Assembly (NCBI GenBank): GCA_965214095.1
Contig: OZ243938.1
Coordinates: forward strand, 2,400,001-2,464,000
From: Candidatus Poribacteria bacterium
GTDB taxonomy: Bacteria > Poribacteria > WGA-4E > WGA-3G
Length of the DNA stretch: 64,000 nucleotides
Direction of reading: 5' to 3'
Numbering within the stretch: the first letter of the stretch is position 1; each line of letters starts with the position of its first letter. Below, piece by piece: positions 40,724 to 51,128 of this stretch. Below the pieces are notes generated by a model that made no database searches, was not told the DNA's origin, and saw only the letters and a list, made by a program, of their open reading frames with translations. The translations under genes and the position numbers were made by a program.

Positions 40724-40752
40724 TTGACATTTAGAGGGTAAACAGATATAAT
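40724..40752 (+). promoter_or_regulatory. Consensus sigma70 promoter, probably giving a leaderless transcript
   Basis: TTGACA-17 bp-TATAAT; ATG 7 nt downstream at 40759. Confidence 0.7.
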
Positions 40753-40758
40753 TCCTTT

Positions 40759-41157
40759 ATGGCGCAAGAATGTGTCAATACTGTGTATGCGACAACTGTT
40801 GATCAGCAGGCACGAGGTGATTTACTCTGTGCTATCTCTCTTTTCGGCAGTATTGTCCATGACGTAGAACTATTCAAACGAATTATTTCGGAGGAACTCA
40901 TGCAAGAATCTAAATATTATCAACTTCTACGTGAAGAATTCATTGCTCAAGGTCTTGAACAAGGTCTTGAACAAGGCACAAGAGAAACTACAATTAAAAA
41001 CACCTTAGCATTGCTAAATGAAAAATTTGCTGCCAACGCTGTTAATGACCTTATCCCTGTCCTGCAACGTATTACCGATCTGCAGCAACTTGAACAGTTA
41101 CATCTCGCTGCTGCACAGGTGCAAAGTCTTAATGCCTTCAAACTAATGCTAGACTAA
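40759..41157 (+). CDS. Stand-alone C-terminal portion of an Rpn (YhgA-like) family protein
   Basis: MQESKYYQ..QGLEQGLEQG..LxxKF..ITDLQQLEQL..A signature; no PD-(D/E)XK domain. Confidence 0.7.
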   Translation: MAQECVNTVYATTVDQQARGDLLCAISLFGSIVHDVELFKRIISEELMQESKYYQLLREEFIAQGLEQGLEQGTRETTIKNTLALLNEKFAANAVNDLIPVLQRITDLQQLEQLHLAAAQVQSLNAFKLMLD

Positions 41158-41327
41158 TAACATAAATTACTCTCTGTTATCTTGCGCTTTTCTGGTATCG
41201 CTTCAAGTTTTATAGGTTCTGGATATATAAAATCCATGTCACCAAGAGTATTATAGGCGGCATGGAGCAGAACAACATCATACTTACACACATTCAAAAT
41301 ATAAAAAATACATAAGAAGGTTTTCAA

Positions 41328-42656
41328 ATGCAAAATAAAACAACTCACACCACTCTTTTACTCATTTTCATAGCAATGATTAGTTCTTGTGCTTCACCTA
41401 CCCTTCAAGCACAGCAACCCGCAGACTTTGACATATTAAGCTCTTTTGAAAATGCCATTACTACAATCGTTGAACAAAGTAAGCCAGCTATTGTCAGTAT
41501 TTCAGTTACAAAAAAAGAACTTAAAGATAATAAACCTGTCAAAACATCAGGTGGAGGTTCTGGTTTTTTTATCCGAAATGACGGTTATATTCTAACCAAT
41601 GAACATGTCGTGCGTGGCGCGGAAAAGATCACTGTCAGTTTGGCAAATGGCAGCAAACATGACGCGAGATTGGTTGGAGGCGATCAGAACACTGACATAG
41701 CCGTAATGAAAATAGACGGAGATAAAGAATTTCCTGTCCTCAAAATGGCGGATTCATCAAAAGTTAAAGTAGGACAATTTGCTATCGCAATCGGTGATCC
41801 AATCGGATATAAGTATACAGTGACTGCTGGAATCGTCGGTGGAATGAATCGTTGTTTTCACGAGAAGAACAATCTCTATCAATATCACCGTAATTACATC
41901 CAAACTGATGCCTGGATTAATCCCGGCAGTAGTGGTGGTCCCTTGTTAAATATACAAGGGGAAGTCATCGGTATCACTGCCTTAAACCCGGGGGAAGGTT
42001 CAACCTTAGCAGTAAATTGTGGTCTTGCCCAAGAAATTAGTGAGCAACTCATTGCTTATGGCAGAATTATTCGTGGACACCTCAATGCTGATATGCAAAG
42101 TGTTGCACAAGGCATTAGAATAGCAAGTGTAAAACAGAACACATCTGCATCACAATGTGGTTTAAAACGAAATGATATTATCGTTGAATTTGATGGAGAA
42201 TCAGTGCCTGGTGTCTCCGATTTTGAATTGCAGATTATGGAATGCCAGATCGGACAACAATACCCTATTAAGGTCTTACGACAAGAACAGGAAATCATAC
42301 TTAATTTGACTATTGATGAGATGCCAATTGAATTAGTTGGACGTTCTGTTAATGCTGAGTCTGTTTCTTGGAAAACACTCGGGTTAGCCGTGCGAATGTT
42401 AGAGAACGATAACCATCAAAGATATGCATATTTAAATGAACATGATCGTGGTGTTTTGGTTGAAAAGATCAAGAGGAATTCACCCAGTGCCACTGCTAAA
42501 GTTCCACGTGGTGCTCTCGTAATTGCTATCAATGGACAAGAAATCATGGACGTTCAAACCCTTGAAACTTTCCTTGAAAATAATTCAGACCTATCCGAAT
42601 ATATTCTTGATATAAAAAGTATCCAAGGCACAGAAAAAGTAAGTTTGATTAAATAA
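41328..42656 (+). CDS. HtrA/DegP-like serine protease lipoprotein, two PDZ domains
   Basis: TNEHV, TDIAV, INPGSSGGPL. Confidence 0.92.
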   Translation: MQNKTTHTTLLLIFIAMISSCASPTLQAQQPADFDILSSFENAITTIVEQSKPAIVSISVTKKELKDNKPVKTSGGGSGFFIRNDGYILTNEHVVRGAEKITVSLANGSKHDARLVGGDQNTDIAVMKIDGDKEFPVLKMADSSKVKVGQFAIAIGDPIGYKYTVTAGIVGGMNRCFHEKNNLYQYHRNYIQTDAWINPGSSGGPLLNIQGEVIGITALNPGEGSTLAVNCGLAQEISEQLIAYGRIIRGHLNADMQSVAQGIRIASVKQNTSASQCGLKRNDIIVEFDGESVPGVSDFELQIMECQIGQQYPIKVLRQEQEIILNLTIDEMPIELVGRSVNAESVSWKTLGLAVRMLENDNHQRYAYLNEHDRGVLVEKIKRNSPSATAKVPRGALVIAINGQEIMDVQTLETFLENNSDLSEYILDIKSIQGTEKVSLIK

Positions 42657-42663
42657 GTTAAGA

Positions 42664-42709
42664 GAATTGGTAGGTAAGGTGAAAAAAGGAACACCTTTCC
42701 TACCAATTC
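42664..42709. repeat. Intergenic hairpin with GTAG/CTAC arms
   Basis: GAATTGGTAGGTAAGGTG ... CACCTTTCCTACCAATTC. Confidence 0.65.
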
Positions 42710-42778
42710 CGCAATTATATACGTTGAAACGAAATACCTACACCCCAACTATCTGAAATCACTTAGAGAGGATTATCT

Positions 42779-44110
42779 ATGCGAAAACAGAGTTATCTGA
42801 TATGTATCCTTTTCATTCTTGTTACATTGCTCTCATCGTGTGCATTCCAAGCCAAACAGCCGAGTAATATAGAACTACTAAGCACAATTGAGAATGCATT
42901 TATTGATATCGCTTCCCAAAGCAAACCTGCTGTCGTTGGTATTTTTGTTAGACATTCAAATAGAGAATTAAGACGATGGGGATCAGGATTCTTTTTTCGT
43001 GAAGACGGTTATATTATGACAAATGACCACATCGTTCACGGTGGACAACGATTTGAAGTCAAGTTGTTAGACGGTAGCATAGTAGATGCGAAATTAGTTG
43101 GAACAGATGTCAACACAGATGTTGCAGTCCTAAAGGTTGAAGGAGACAAGGAATACCCTATTCTTCCATTAGCTAATTCTGAGAAAGTTCGGGTTGGACA
43201 ATTTGCTGTCGCAATTGGAAATCCTTTTCAACTTGACTATACAGTAACAACGGGTATTGTCAGCGGTAAAAGTCGTAATGTTCTGGGTGGGATGCGTGTC
43301 ATCAGATACCAAAACTTCATCCAAACAGACGCATGGATTAATACAGGTAGCAGCGGAGGTCCTCTCTTAAATATCTATGGAGAAGTAATCGGTATCAACG
43401 CTCTAATCCGAAAGGCAGAAAATACACCTGCAGCAGCAAGAGCAGGCGCGGGGTTTGCTATTCCCAGCAACCTCGCAAGTGTCATTGGGGACCAACTCAT
43501 CGCAAATGGAAAGATCATTCGCGGTTATCTCGGAATTAGTATGCGGGAGGTGGCACAAGGTGTTAGTGTGGAAAGAGTACTATTGGGAACACCCGCTGAC
43601 AAAGCCGGTTTACAATGGCGTGACATCATCTATGAATACAACGGAAAAAAGGTCAAAAACACTCTTCAATTTCAAATGCTCATAGCGGATTCTACTGTCG
43701 GTAAAAAGTCTGTCATCAAAGTAATACGACGTGGACAGAAGAAAACACTCAGTACAACAATTGTTGAAATGCCACCAGAATTGGCAGGATTGCCGTTTGA
43801 AGATAATTCTGTTTCTTGGAATACGCTCGGATTAGCAGTGAGACAGTTAGAAAAAGGGGATGCACAAAGATATACATATCTCACAAATGAAGATCGAGGT
43901 GTAATTGTTGAAAGAGTTAAGACAGATGCTCCTGGGTTCAATGCCAAGATCCCACGTGGAGCACTTATCACTGCAGTCAATGGGGAACAAGTATCTGATG
44001 TCCAAACGCTTGAAGCACTCCTACAAAGGCATAAAGAACTTGAAGAACTGATGCTTGAAATAAAAAGCAGCCACGGTAAAGAAAAACTAACTATACATTT
44101 AAAAAAATAA
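42779..44110 (+). CDS. HtrA/DegP-like serine protease lipoprotein, two PDZ domains (paralog)
   Basis: TNDHI, TDVAV, INTGSSGGPL. Confidence 0.92.
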   Translation: MRKQSYLICILFILVTLLSSCAFQAKQPSNIELLSTIENAFIDIASQSKPAVVGIFVRHSNRELRRWGSGFFFREDGYIMTNDHIVHGGQRFEVKLLDGSIVDAKLVGTDVNTDVAVLKVEGDKEYPILPLANSEKVRVGQFAVAIGNPFQLDYTVTTGIVSGKSRNVLGGMRVIRYQNFIQTDAWINTGSSGGPLLNIYGEVIGINALIRKAENTPAAARAGAGFAIPSNLASVIGDQLIANGKIIRGYLGISMREVAQGVSVERVLLGTPADKAGLQWRDIIYEYNGKKVKNTLQFQMLIADSTVGKKSVIKVIRRGQKKTLSTTIVEMPPELAGLPFEDNSVSWNTLGLAVRQLEKGDAQRYTYLTNEDRGVIVERVKTDAPGFNAKIPRGALITAVNGEQVSDVQTLEALLQRHKELEELMLEIKSSHGKEKLTIHLKK

Positions 44111-44124
44111 GGTTCTAAACATTC

Positions 44125-44240
44125 AATACCATTTCTAATGGAAAACACCGCATTTTTGTAGCATAAACTGCCAGTTTGTGCCATCCTTCAAGGCATTCTT
44201 AACAAATGCTAATGGGATAAACATTTATAGAAATGGTATT
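44125..44240. repeat. MITE family A (116 bp), copy 1
   Basis: Perfect 13-bp TIR AATACCATTTCTA/TAGAAATGGTATT; internal GTAGCATAAACTGCCAGTTTGTGC; near-identical copy at 63633. Confidence 0.88.
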
Positions 44241-44275
44241 ACTACCATTTTTTGATAACGGTGTAAATAGGACAC

Positions 44276-46258
44276 ATGCCACAAAAACCGAAAACTCTCA
44301 CGTTGAAAGATATTTTTAGTCCGGGTGGTATCATTTCAGAACATCTATCGGGCTATGAGTACCGTGAAGAACAACTCCTTATGGCAAATGCTGTTGCCCG
44401 CGCATTTTCTGACGCTGAGCATCTGATTGTGGAAGCTGGAACAGGAGTTGGAAAAAGTTTTGCCTATCTTATTCCCGCTGTTTCACTTTCAGTCAAAACT
44501 AATCAGACCGTTGTTATTTCCACCAACACTATCAGTTTGCAGGAACAGTTGGTAACAAAGGATATACCGTTCCTGCATGATGTGTTACCGCGTGATTTCG
44601 AAGCAGTACTCGCTAAAGGACGGCGTAATTATCTTTCTCGTCGTAGGTTGAATAATTTGCTAACCTCTCAACGCGGACTGTTTGACACAATGGAAGAAGT
44701 AGATCAGGTCAAGCAGATAACTGAGTGGGTGGAAACAACAGAGGATGGTAGTCAAGCAGATCTACCGATACAACCAACATCTCTTGTATGGGACAAGGTA
44801 GTATCTGACCGAGATAATTGCCTCGGACGCAAATGTCCTACCTACGATGTCTGTTTCTATTTCAATGCACGCAACGAGATGTATAATGCAGACCTACTCA
44901 TCGTCAATCACCATCTTCTGTTCAGCGATTTGGCACTTCGCCAACTTGACCCTGCTGTCGGTATCCTCCCCGATTATGACTATCTTATTATTGATGAAGC
45001 ACATCATTTGGAATCCACCGCGACCAATCATACAAGCCTCAGAATAAACAATTCACAAGTCAAATGGCTTCTGGACTCCCTTCATATCGATGGAAAAGAA
45101 AGTGGTGCTGCAACCCAATTTGACTCGTCAGACCTGATGAAAGGTGTTGATGAAGCACGTGAACAGGCAAACCTATTTTTCAGTGCTGTTGGAGACTACT
45201 TTGCAAACGCAGATGGTTATACCACAACTAAGCGAATTGATGAGGATAATGTTGTTGAGGTGTTCAAAACTGGGAATATATTAGATGCTCCGATGTTGAA
45301 AATTGAAAAAACACTTAAACAACTACGTGATAACGCTGAAACTGATGATGATGAGGTGGAGCTATCTTCATACTACAACCAGTGCAGACGACTTAGAGAA
45401 GTATTAGACTTGATAGTACACCAACCTGATCCTGAATACATTTACTGGGCAGAATCTTCGTCAAGGGGACGAACACCGCGTGTCCTTCTGAATGCCACCC
45501 CTGTGAATATTAGTCAGATGTTAAAGGATTCTCTCTTTGATATAAAAGAGAGTGTTGTTATGACAAGCGCGACACTTTCCACATCCAATAACTTTGATTA
45601 TTTCAAAACACGAATAGGTATAGATGATTGTCGAGAACTGTTGGTGCAATCACCATTTAACTTCAAGGAACAGGTAAAAATACATATTCCACAGTCTATG
45701 CCAGATCCGAGAAGTGATGAATTTGTTACTGCAGCCATCCGTGAAATCAAACACTATCTCAAATTGACGCACGGTAAAGCTTTTGTTCTATTTACCAGTT
45801 ATAAAATGATGGATGAAGTCTATGAGGAAGTTGAACCTTTCCTCACAGAAATGGGTATTGATGTATACAAACAGGGAGGGGAACTCTCACGGACAGATAT
45901 GCTACAAGCGTTCCGTGAGGATACAGATTCAGTTTTGTTCGGTACTTCCAGTTTCTGGGAAGGTGTTGATGTGCGTGGCGAAGCATTGAGTAATGTCGTT
46001 ATCACGAAATTACCTTTTGAAGTGCCTACGCATCCGATAATGGAAGCACGGGTTAAACAGATTAAAGAACAGGGTGGAAATGAATTCTATGAATTCAGTT
46101 TACCTGAAGCTATATTGCGCCTCAAACAGGGGTTCGGAAGACTTATCCGCACACAAACTGACCAAGGTATAGTTGTAATTTTGGATTCACGTATTATAAC
46201 ACGTAGTTATGGCAAACTTTTTTTAGCATCACTCCCACCATGCGATATTATTGCCTAA
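44276..46258 (+). CDS. DinG/YoaA-family ATP-dependent DNA helicase
   Basis: EAGTGVGKS, KGRRNY, DEAH, SATL, FWEGVD, QGFGRLIR. Confidence 0.93.
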   Translation: MPQKPKTLTLKDIFSPGGIISEHLSGYEYREEQLLMANAVARAFSDAEHLIVEAGTGVGKSFAYLIPAVSLSVKTNQTVVISTNTISLQEQLVTKDIPFLHDVLPRDFEAVLAKGRRNYLSRRRLNNLLTSQRGLFDTMEEVDQVKQITEWVETTEDGSQADLPIQPTSLVWDKVVSDRDNCLGRKCPTYDVCFYFNARNEMYNADLLIVNHHLLFSDLALRQLDPAVGILPDYDYLIIDEAHHLESTATNHTSLRINNSQVKWLLDSLHIDGKESGAATQFDSSDLMKGVDEAREQANLFFSAVGDYFANADGYTTTKRIDEDNVVEVFKTGNILDAPMLKIEKTLKQLRDNAETDDDEVELSSYYNQCRRLREVLDLIVHQPDPEYIYWAESSSRGRTPRVLLNATPVNISQMLKDSLFDIKESVVMTSATLSTSNNFDYFKTRIGIDDCRELLVQSPFNFKEQVKIHIPQSMPDPRSDEFVTAAIREIKHYLKLTHGKAFVLFTSYKMMDEVYEEVEPFLTEMGIDVYKQGGELSRTDMLQAFREDTDSVLFGTSSFWEGVDVRGEALSNVVITKLPFEVPTHPIMEARVKQIKEQGGNEFYEFSLPEAILRLKQGFGRLIRTQTDQGIVVILDSRIITRSYGKLFLASLPPCDIIA

Positions 46259-46313
46259 ATTGAAGTTTTGCCCCACTATACCTACAACTCTCAATTTGAG
46301 TTTTCTATCATAT

Positions 46314-46416
46314 TATAGTGAATTATAAATATAAGTTGACACTTTCGACACACGGTAGGCGAGGTTTCCTAACCTCGCCGATGCAGAGCGTTCAAGTAAT
46401 TTCAAAATCTACTATA
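46314..46416. repeat. MITE family C (103 bp), copy 1
   Basis: Ends TATAGTGAATT/AATCTACTATA; internal GTAGGCGAGGTTTCCTAACCTCGCC; one mismatch to the copy at 50246. Confidence 0.88.
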
Positions 46417-46551
46417 TAAGTATAATGGACAGACCAACACCACCATTCTTATTGTCGGACGGGGCTCTGTGTCTGTCGGTTGTCATGGATATATCTGACG
46501 GGAACAGACACCCACCTACAATCTGTGGATAAGTTTGTCCTCATTAACAAA

Positions 46552-46587
46552 AAAGAAGTTCAATGTGAAAATACATTGAACTTCTTT
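46552..46587. terminator. Probable bidirectional terminator between convergent genes
   Basis: 15-bp perfect stem AAAGAAGTTCAATGT/ACATTGAACTTCTTT. Confidence 0.75.
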
Positions 46588-46613
46588 CAAAGATTGTTTT
46601 CTGAACTGCGATT

Positions 46614-47744
46614 TTAATAACGTTGTGGGGACGGCTGAGCAACCCGGATACTTCTGCTATGTGTGAATGGAAACTTGAACTCTAATGTCTGATAACGTTG
46701 TGTACCACCTCGAGGAGGAGATTTTTCAATTGGTAGAGTTACTAATAATTCAGTGGCATTGAGCTTTACCTGCCTGAACGGGATGAATCCTTCCACACTC
46801 TCTCCAGGGTTAACACCAACACGGTGAAAACCGACCTGTTTTTCCACTATTGGCATGCGTTTTTCAATTAGAATTTGCCGAGCTTTCTCCAAACCGTGTT
46901 TTACATAGAGACCAGAAGTACGCGACATATAGGCAAAACGTTCCTCTAAATCTTCAAGATTAAGACCAGGATAATAGTTTTCACCTTGATCAGTAACCTC
47001 ACATTTCTTTACATCAAAAAGAATATATTCTTCCCGATTATTCGTAATTTTTACGTAAAACACATCAGTTTTGTCCCCTTGACGGAGTGCTTCTGTTTCG
47101 TAAAAGGGTGAGTACGCGTTACCCCGATTATATTTTCTATCCAGATCGGTTCTGCGCCAATAACAGATAGAGACGGTGATGCCGTCCAGTGTTTTAGTGA
47201 GGAACGGTTGTCTTGCCTGTATATCAAATTCCTCTGGTAAGTCTGAGACGAATACAACATCAACTACTTTTCTATTTTCGTTCTCAGTGGGTAATTCTAT
47301 TTGAGGTTCAACCTCAACCCATTCTTTCAAAAATTGATTCCAATCATCAGGAGAAAATGCATAGTCTGGAGAAGCGAAAATATAGGTTAATGCTTTTGCA
47401 TTAGCATCTGGGACCGGAACTAACCGAAAACCGACTGTTTGTAGTCCATGCTTGTCAATAATCGGTTGTGCCAAATTTGCAGAAGGAATTGCAGGAACAA
47501 CCACATCTGAATTCGGGTTCTTTTCTCTTTCCATTTGCACGTCAACGATATTTTGCACTGGTTGGATGGGAGACATACTTTGTAAGGACTGACCGCCGCA
47601 ACCTAATATCATAAAGCCTAACAGAAGGAGTGTCCCTATATTTAATAATAAAAATGTTCGTGGCAGCCTCCCAAATCGTTTATTTCCGCATGACTCCCTC
47701 CCAAAATTCTGGCAAGATTTTGTTTGCTTAAAAAACCATTTCAT
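46614..47744 (-). CDS. Hypothetical protein, probable lipoprotein
   Basis: GGAGG before ATG 47744; hydrophobic stretch ending LGC. Confidence 0.7.
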   Translation of the reverse strand: MKWFFKQTKSCQNFGRESCGNKRFGRLPRTFLLLNIGTLLLLGFMILGCGGQSLQSMSPIQPVQNIVDVQMEREKNPNSDVVVPAIPSANLAQPIIDKHGLQTVGFRLVPVPDANAKALTYIFASPDYAFSPDDWNQFLKEWVEVEPQIELPTENENRKVVDVVFVSDLPEEFDIQARQPFLTKTLDGITVSICYWRRTDLDRKYNRGNAYSPFYETEALRQGDKTDVFYVKITNNREEYILFDVKKCEVTDQGENYYPGLNLEDLEERFAYMSRTSGLYVKHGLEKARQILIEKRMPIVEKQVGFHRVGVNPGESVEGFIPFRQVKLNATELLVTLPIEKSPPRGGTQRYQTLEFKFPFTHSRSIRVAQPSPQRY

Positions 47745-47963
47745 GGATATAATTGCCTCCTTGTCTACCATTTGAGAATGGCAGCATTTTTTATGTTTGT
47801 CATTAGACCTAAGTGTTAAGTTACCACAACTGTACATTTTCGTCAACAACATAAATGTGTTTAATTTCGGCACAAATACAGAATTATTCTTCTTTTATAA
47901 ATCAAGTTCATATACTTGTTATCACACTCACGTTAAAATAACTGCGGTTTTTACTAAAAAAAG

Positions 47964-47993
47964 TTGACATCAATAACCGTTTGTGTCTATAAT
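47964..47993 (+). promoter_or_regulatory. Sigma70-type promoter
   Basis: TTGACA-18 bp-TATAAT upstream of ATG 48052. Confidence 0.6.
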
Positions 47994-48051
47994 ACAGAAT
48001 TATAATTTTATCAATCTAAGGGATATTTCCCATACAATCATCAGAAAGAAT

Positions 48052-49227
48052 ATGAAACATTTAGTAATTATATTTTTTGTTATGCTAATTTGTGTAATCA
48101 ATCCGTTATTTGGACAAGACACGGAACCCCAAACGGATCCACCTGCTCCATCACAAGATGAGGTGACATTGGTAGAAGAAGAGGAGGAGGAAGTGGAGAA
48201 TCAGCCGACGGAACCTGTTTCACCCTCCACACAGGAACAACCTTCTATCATCCAAGAACCACCTATCACTACACAAGAAGATCAGGAAAGGGACACTGAA
48301 GACGGATCTTCACCTACCACTCCTGAAGAACCCACCGTTGAAAACTACACGACTGAACCTCCAGTTGTCCCAAAGGAGACAGAAGTCGAAAAACCTGTTG
48401 AAGATCCTGTCCCGACACCACCCCAGTGGCAAGGAAGACGCAGAATGTTCAAAATCGTTAATGATTTCTTGTTAAAACCGGATGAAACTTTGACAACACT
48501 TGTGCTTATCGCGGGGGATGCCACCATACAAGGAACTGTAACAGGCAACGTTTTGGTAATCGGTGGAAACGTTGAACTTACAGAGGGAGCACAAGTGAAA
48601 GGTTTGCTCAAAGTGATCGGTGGTACAGTTGATGGAAACCTTGAATCTGTCCAAAATGTAAGGATCAACAATCAATGGCAAATGGTACCCGCTGTTGCAA
48701 ACTTGTTGATGCATCCACACACCATCTGGGATATTAAAAAGGAAAGAAATTTTCGGTTGACCATTCAAAAATTCGTAATTCTATTGATTACGTATCTACT
48801 GATTGCTGTGATATTTTCAAGACCGATAAATGCTGTCAGTTCAATGTTGTCAGAGAAACCGATCGGAAGCATTCTATTTAGTATCCTCATGTTTATTGTT
48901 ATTCCTGCAGTCGCAGTTGTTCTTATACTCTCTATAGTAGGATATCCGTTTCTGTTGTTATGTATATGTCTTTTGGTACCGGTAGCCTTATGTGGTAAAA
49001 CAGCGATCTTCCTTACACTTGGAAGTACTCTTCTCGCCGGTAAATTAAGACCGCTTGCTGTGGTGTTCGGATTTATTCCATACTTTATGGCAACAGAAAT
49101 CCCACATGTGGATTGGATTGCGTTCCTTACTTTTAATGGTGTCGGCATTGGAATCTGTATATTATCAGCATTAAATGAAATGTACCAGAATCAAACCAAT
49201 ATTAATTGGGCAGAAAGAGTGCGATAA
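48052..49227 (+). CDS. Membrane protein with acidic Pro/Thr linker and bactofilin-like (polymer-forming) beta-repeat
   Basis: Signal peptide, E/P/T-rich region, GDATIQGTVTGNVLVIGGNV repeats, C-terminal TMs. Confidence 0.7.
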   Translation: MKHLVIIFFVMLICVINPLFGQDTEPQTDPPAPSQDEVTLVEEEEEEVENQPTEPVSPSTQEQPSIIQEPPITTQEDQERDTEDGSSPTTPEEPTVENYTTEPPVVPKETEVEKPVEDPVPTPPQWQGRRRMFKIVNDFLLKPDETLTTLVLIAGDATIQGTVTGNVLVIGGNVELTEGAQVKGLLKVIGGTVDGNLESVQNVRINNQWQMVPAVANLLMHPHTIWDIKKERNFRLTIQKFVILLITYLLIAVIFSRPINAVSSMLSEKPIGSILFSILMFIVIPAVAVVLILSIVGYPFLLLCICLLVPVALCGKTAIFLTLGSTLLAGKLRPLAVVFGFIPYFMATEIPHVDWIAFLTFNGVGIGICILSALNEMYQNQTNINWAERVR

Positions 49228-49229
49228 TA

Positions 49230-50231
49230 ATGGTTCTTGACTCTCCCATCTTTCTAATCTTGTTCCTCTTATTGCCGTTGTTCGCACTATTCATTTGGTG
49301 GCATCACAAACGCGGAGCATCTCCTACAATTCGTTTCACTGAACTTGAAGGTATCCGTCAAATGCCACGAACACTCTCTGTAAAACTATTACCGCTAATG
49401 AAGGTGATAAGGTTCATCGTTATAGCATTACTTATCTTTGCTCTTGCGCGTCCACAACTTCTCCAAAGCCAAGAACGACGTTTTGTTGAAGGCATTAATA
49501 TTTTCTTAGCACTTGATGTGTCTGACAGCATGCGAGCAGAAGATTTCAATGATACAAACCGGCTGCAAACAGCGAAATCGGTGATACGCGATTTTCTTAG
49601 GTTTCGGGACAGTGATCGCATAGGTCTGGTCGTATTTTCTGGGGAAAGTTATACGCTGTGTCCACTTACACTGGATTATTCAAACTTAACGGAATCACTT
49701 GATGGTGTAGAAGTTGAGATGGGAGACCAACTACGAGAAGGAACAGCAATCGGCGATGCAATTGCAATGACTACGCATCGCTTGAGAACATCTGATACGA
49801 AGACCAATATAGTCATTCTCCTGACAGATGGTGAAAACAATGAAGGAACGATTGACCCAGAAACAGCAGCAGCATTGGCAGAATCCTTAGATATACGGGT
49901 TTATACGATTGGTATGGGCAAAGAGGGTGGAACACGCATTCCCTTTGAAGATACTACATTTGGGAAACGTTATACCGATTTTATTACCTATCTGGATGAA
50001 GAAACGCTTCAAAATATTGCTGATACCACTGGTGGCAGATATTTCCGAGCGAAAGACCTGCAATCATTAAAACATGTGTATACGGAAATTGACAAACTTG
50101 AAAAGACAAAGTTCAAGGTTGTTCACTATACTGAACGTCAAGAAATAGCGGTCTACTTTCTTATTCCTGCAGCACTTCTTTTTGCTCTTGAAATGTTATT
50201 GAGCAATACAGTGCTACGTAAAATCCCATAA
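49230..50231 (+). CDS. BatA-like VWA domain protein
   Basis: ALARPQ, MIDAS DVSDS, GTAIGDA, LTDGENN, TGGRYFRA. Confidence 0.9.
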   Translation: MVLDSPIFLILFLLLPLFALFIWWHHKRGASPTIRFTELEGIRQMPRTLSVKLLPLMKVIRFIVIALLIFALARPQLLQSQERRFVEGINIFLALDVSDSMRAEDFNDTNRLQTAKSVIRDFLRFRDSDRIGLVVFSGESYTLCPLTLDYSNLTESLDGVEVEMGDQLREGTAIGDAIAMTTHRLRTSDTKTNIVILLTDGENNEGTIDPETAAALAESLDIRVYTIGMGKEGGTRIPFEDTTFGKRYTDFITYLDEETLQNIADTTGGRYFRAKDLQSLKHVYTEIDKLEKTKFKVVHYTERQEIAVYFLIPAALLFALEMLLSNTVLRKIP

Positions 50232-50245
50232 TCAAAGATTGACAT

Positions 50246-50348
50246 TATAGTGAATTATAAATATAAGTTGACACTTTCGACACACGGTAGGCGAGGTTTC
50301 CTAACCTCGCCGATGCAGAGTGTTCAAGTAATTTCAAAATCTACTATA
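50246..50348. repeat. MITE family C (103 bp), copy 2
   Basis: 102/103 identical to 46314-46416. Confidence 0.88.
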
Positions 50349-50366
50349 AACATATAGGAGATCAAC

Positions 50367-51128
50367 ATGAAAAATATAGTTGCATGTAATTTAGGTAGTT
50401 ATCGGCAGTTTGGTGCGAATGCTTATGCACACTTAGCAGAAATAGGTTTGACCAATGTTGAGATTGGCGTACCATCTGCTGATGGCGTTGACGCGCTACA
50501 ATCAGAATTAAAATCACACGGACTTACAGCAACAAGTCTACTCGGTAGGTGCGATGTACAGTCTGAGACAGTCGTTGAGGATTTTCAAACGACATTAAAC
50601 ATCGCAAATCAGATGGATGTCAAAGTCATTTTTGTTAGCGTACACGCTGGTGAAACAGACAAAAACAAGGTATATGACCGTCTACGCGCAATCGGTGAGA
50701 ATGCAGAACCATTGGATGTAAAGGTCTGTTTAGAGACACATCCAGATATGGCACACAACGGGGATATTGCTCTTGAAACGATGAAGGGTGTTAATCATCC
50801 GAATATCCGAGTCAATTTTGACACTGGTAATGTCTACTACTATAACCATGATGTTGATGCTGTCACAGAAGTTAAGAAGGTCGTGGACTACGTCGGGGCT
50901 GTTCATCTCAAGGACACAAACGGTGGTTATCGGACTTGGCATTTTCCCACCCTCGGAGAAGGTGTTGTTGATTATAAAACCGTTTTCCAAACATTAAACG
51001 ATACCGGTTTCTACGGTCCTTTCACAATGGAATTGGAAGGAATTGAAGGTGAAAACCTTGATGAAGCAGGCGTTAAAGCACGCGTAGCAGATTCACTGCA
51101 GCACCTGAAAGACATTGGAGTCATCTAA
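50367..51128 (+). CDS. Sugar phosphate isomerase/epimerase (xylose isomerase-like TIM barrel)
   Basis: LETHP, NFDTGN, VHLKD, GEGVVD, ME. Confidence 0.88.
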   Translation: MKNIVACNLGSYRQFGANAYAHLAEIGLTNVEIGVPSADGVDALQSELKSHGLTATSLLGRCDVQSETVVEDFQTTLNIANQMDVKVIFVSVHAGETDKNKVYDRLRAIGENAEPLDVKVCLETHPDMAHNGDIALETMKGVNHPNIRVNFDTGNVYYYNHDVDAVTEVKKVVDYVGAVHLKDTNGGYRTWHFPTLGEGVVDYKTVFQTLNDTGFYGPFTMELEGIEGENLDEAGVKARVADSLQHLKDIGVI

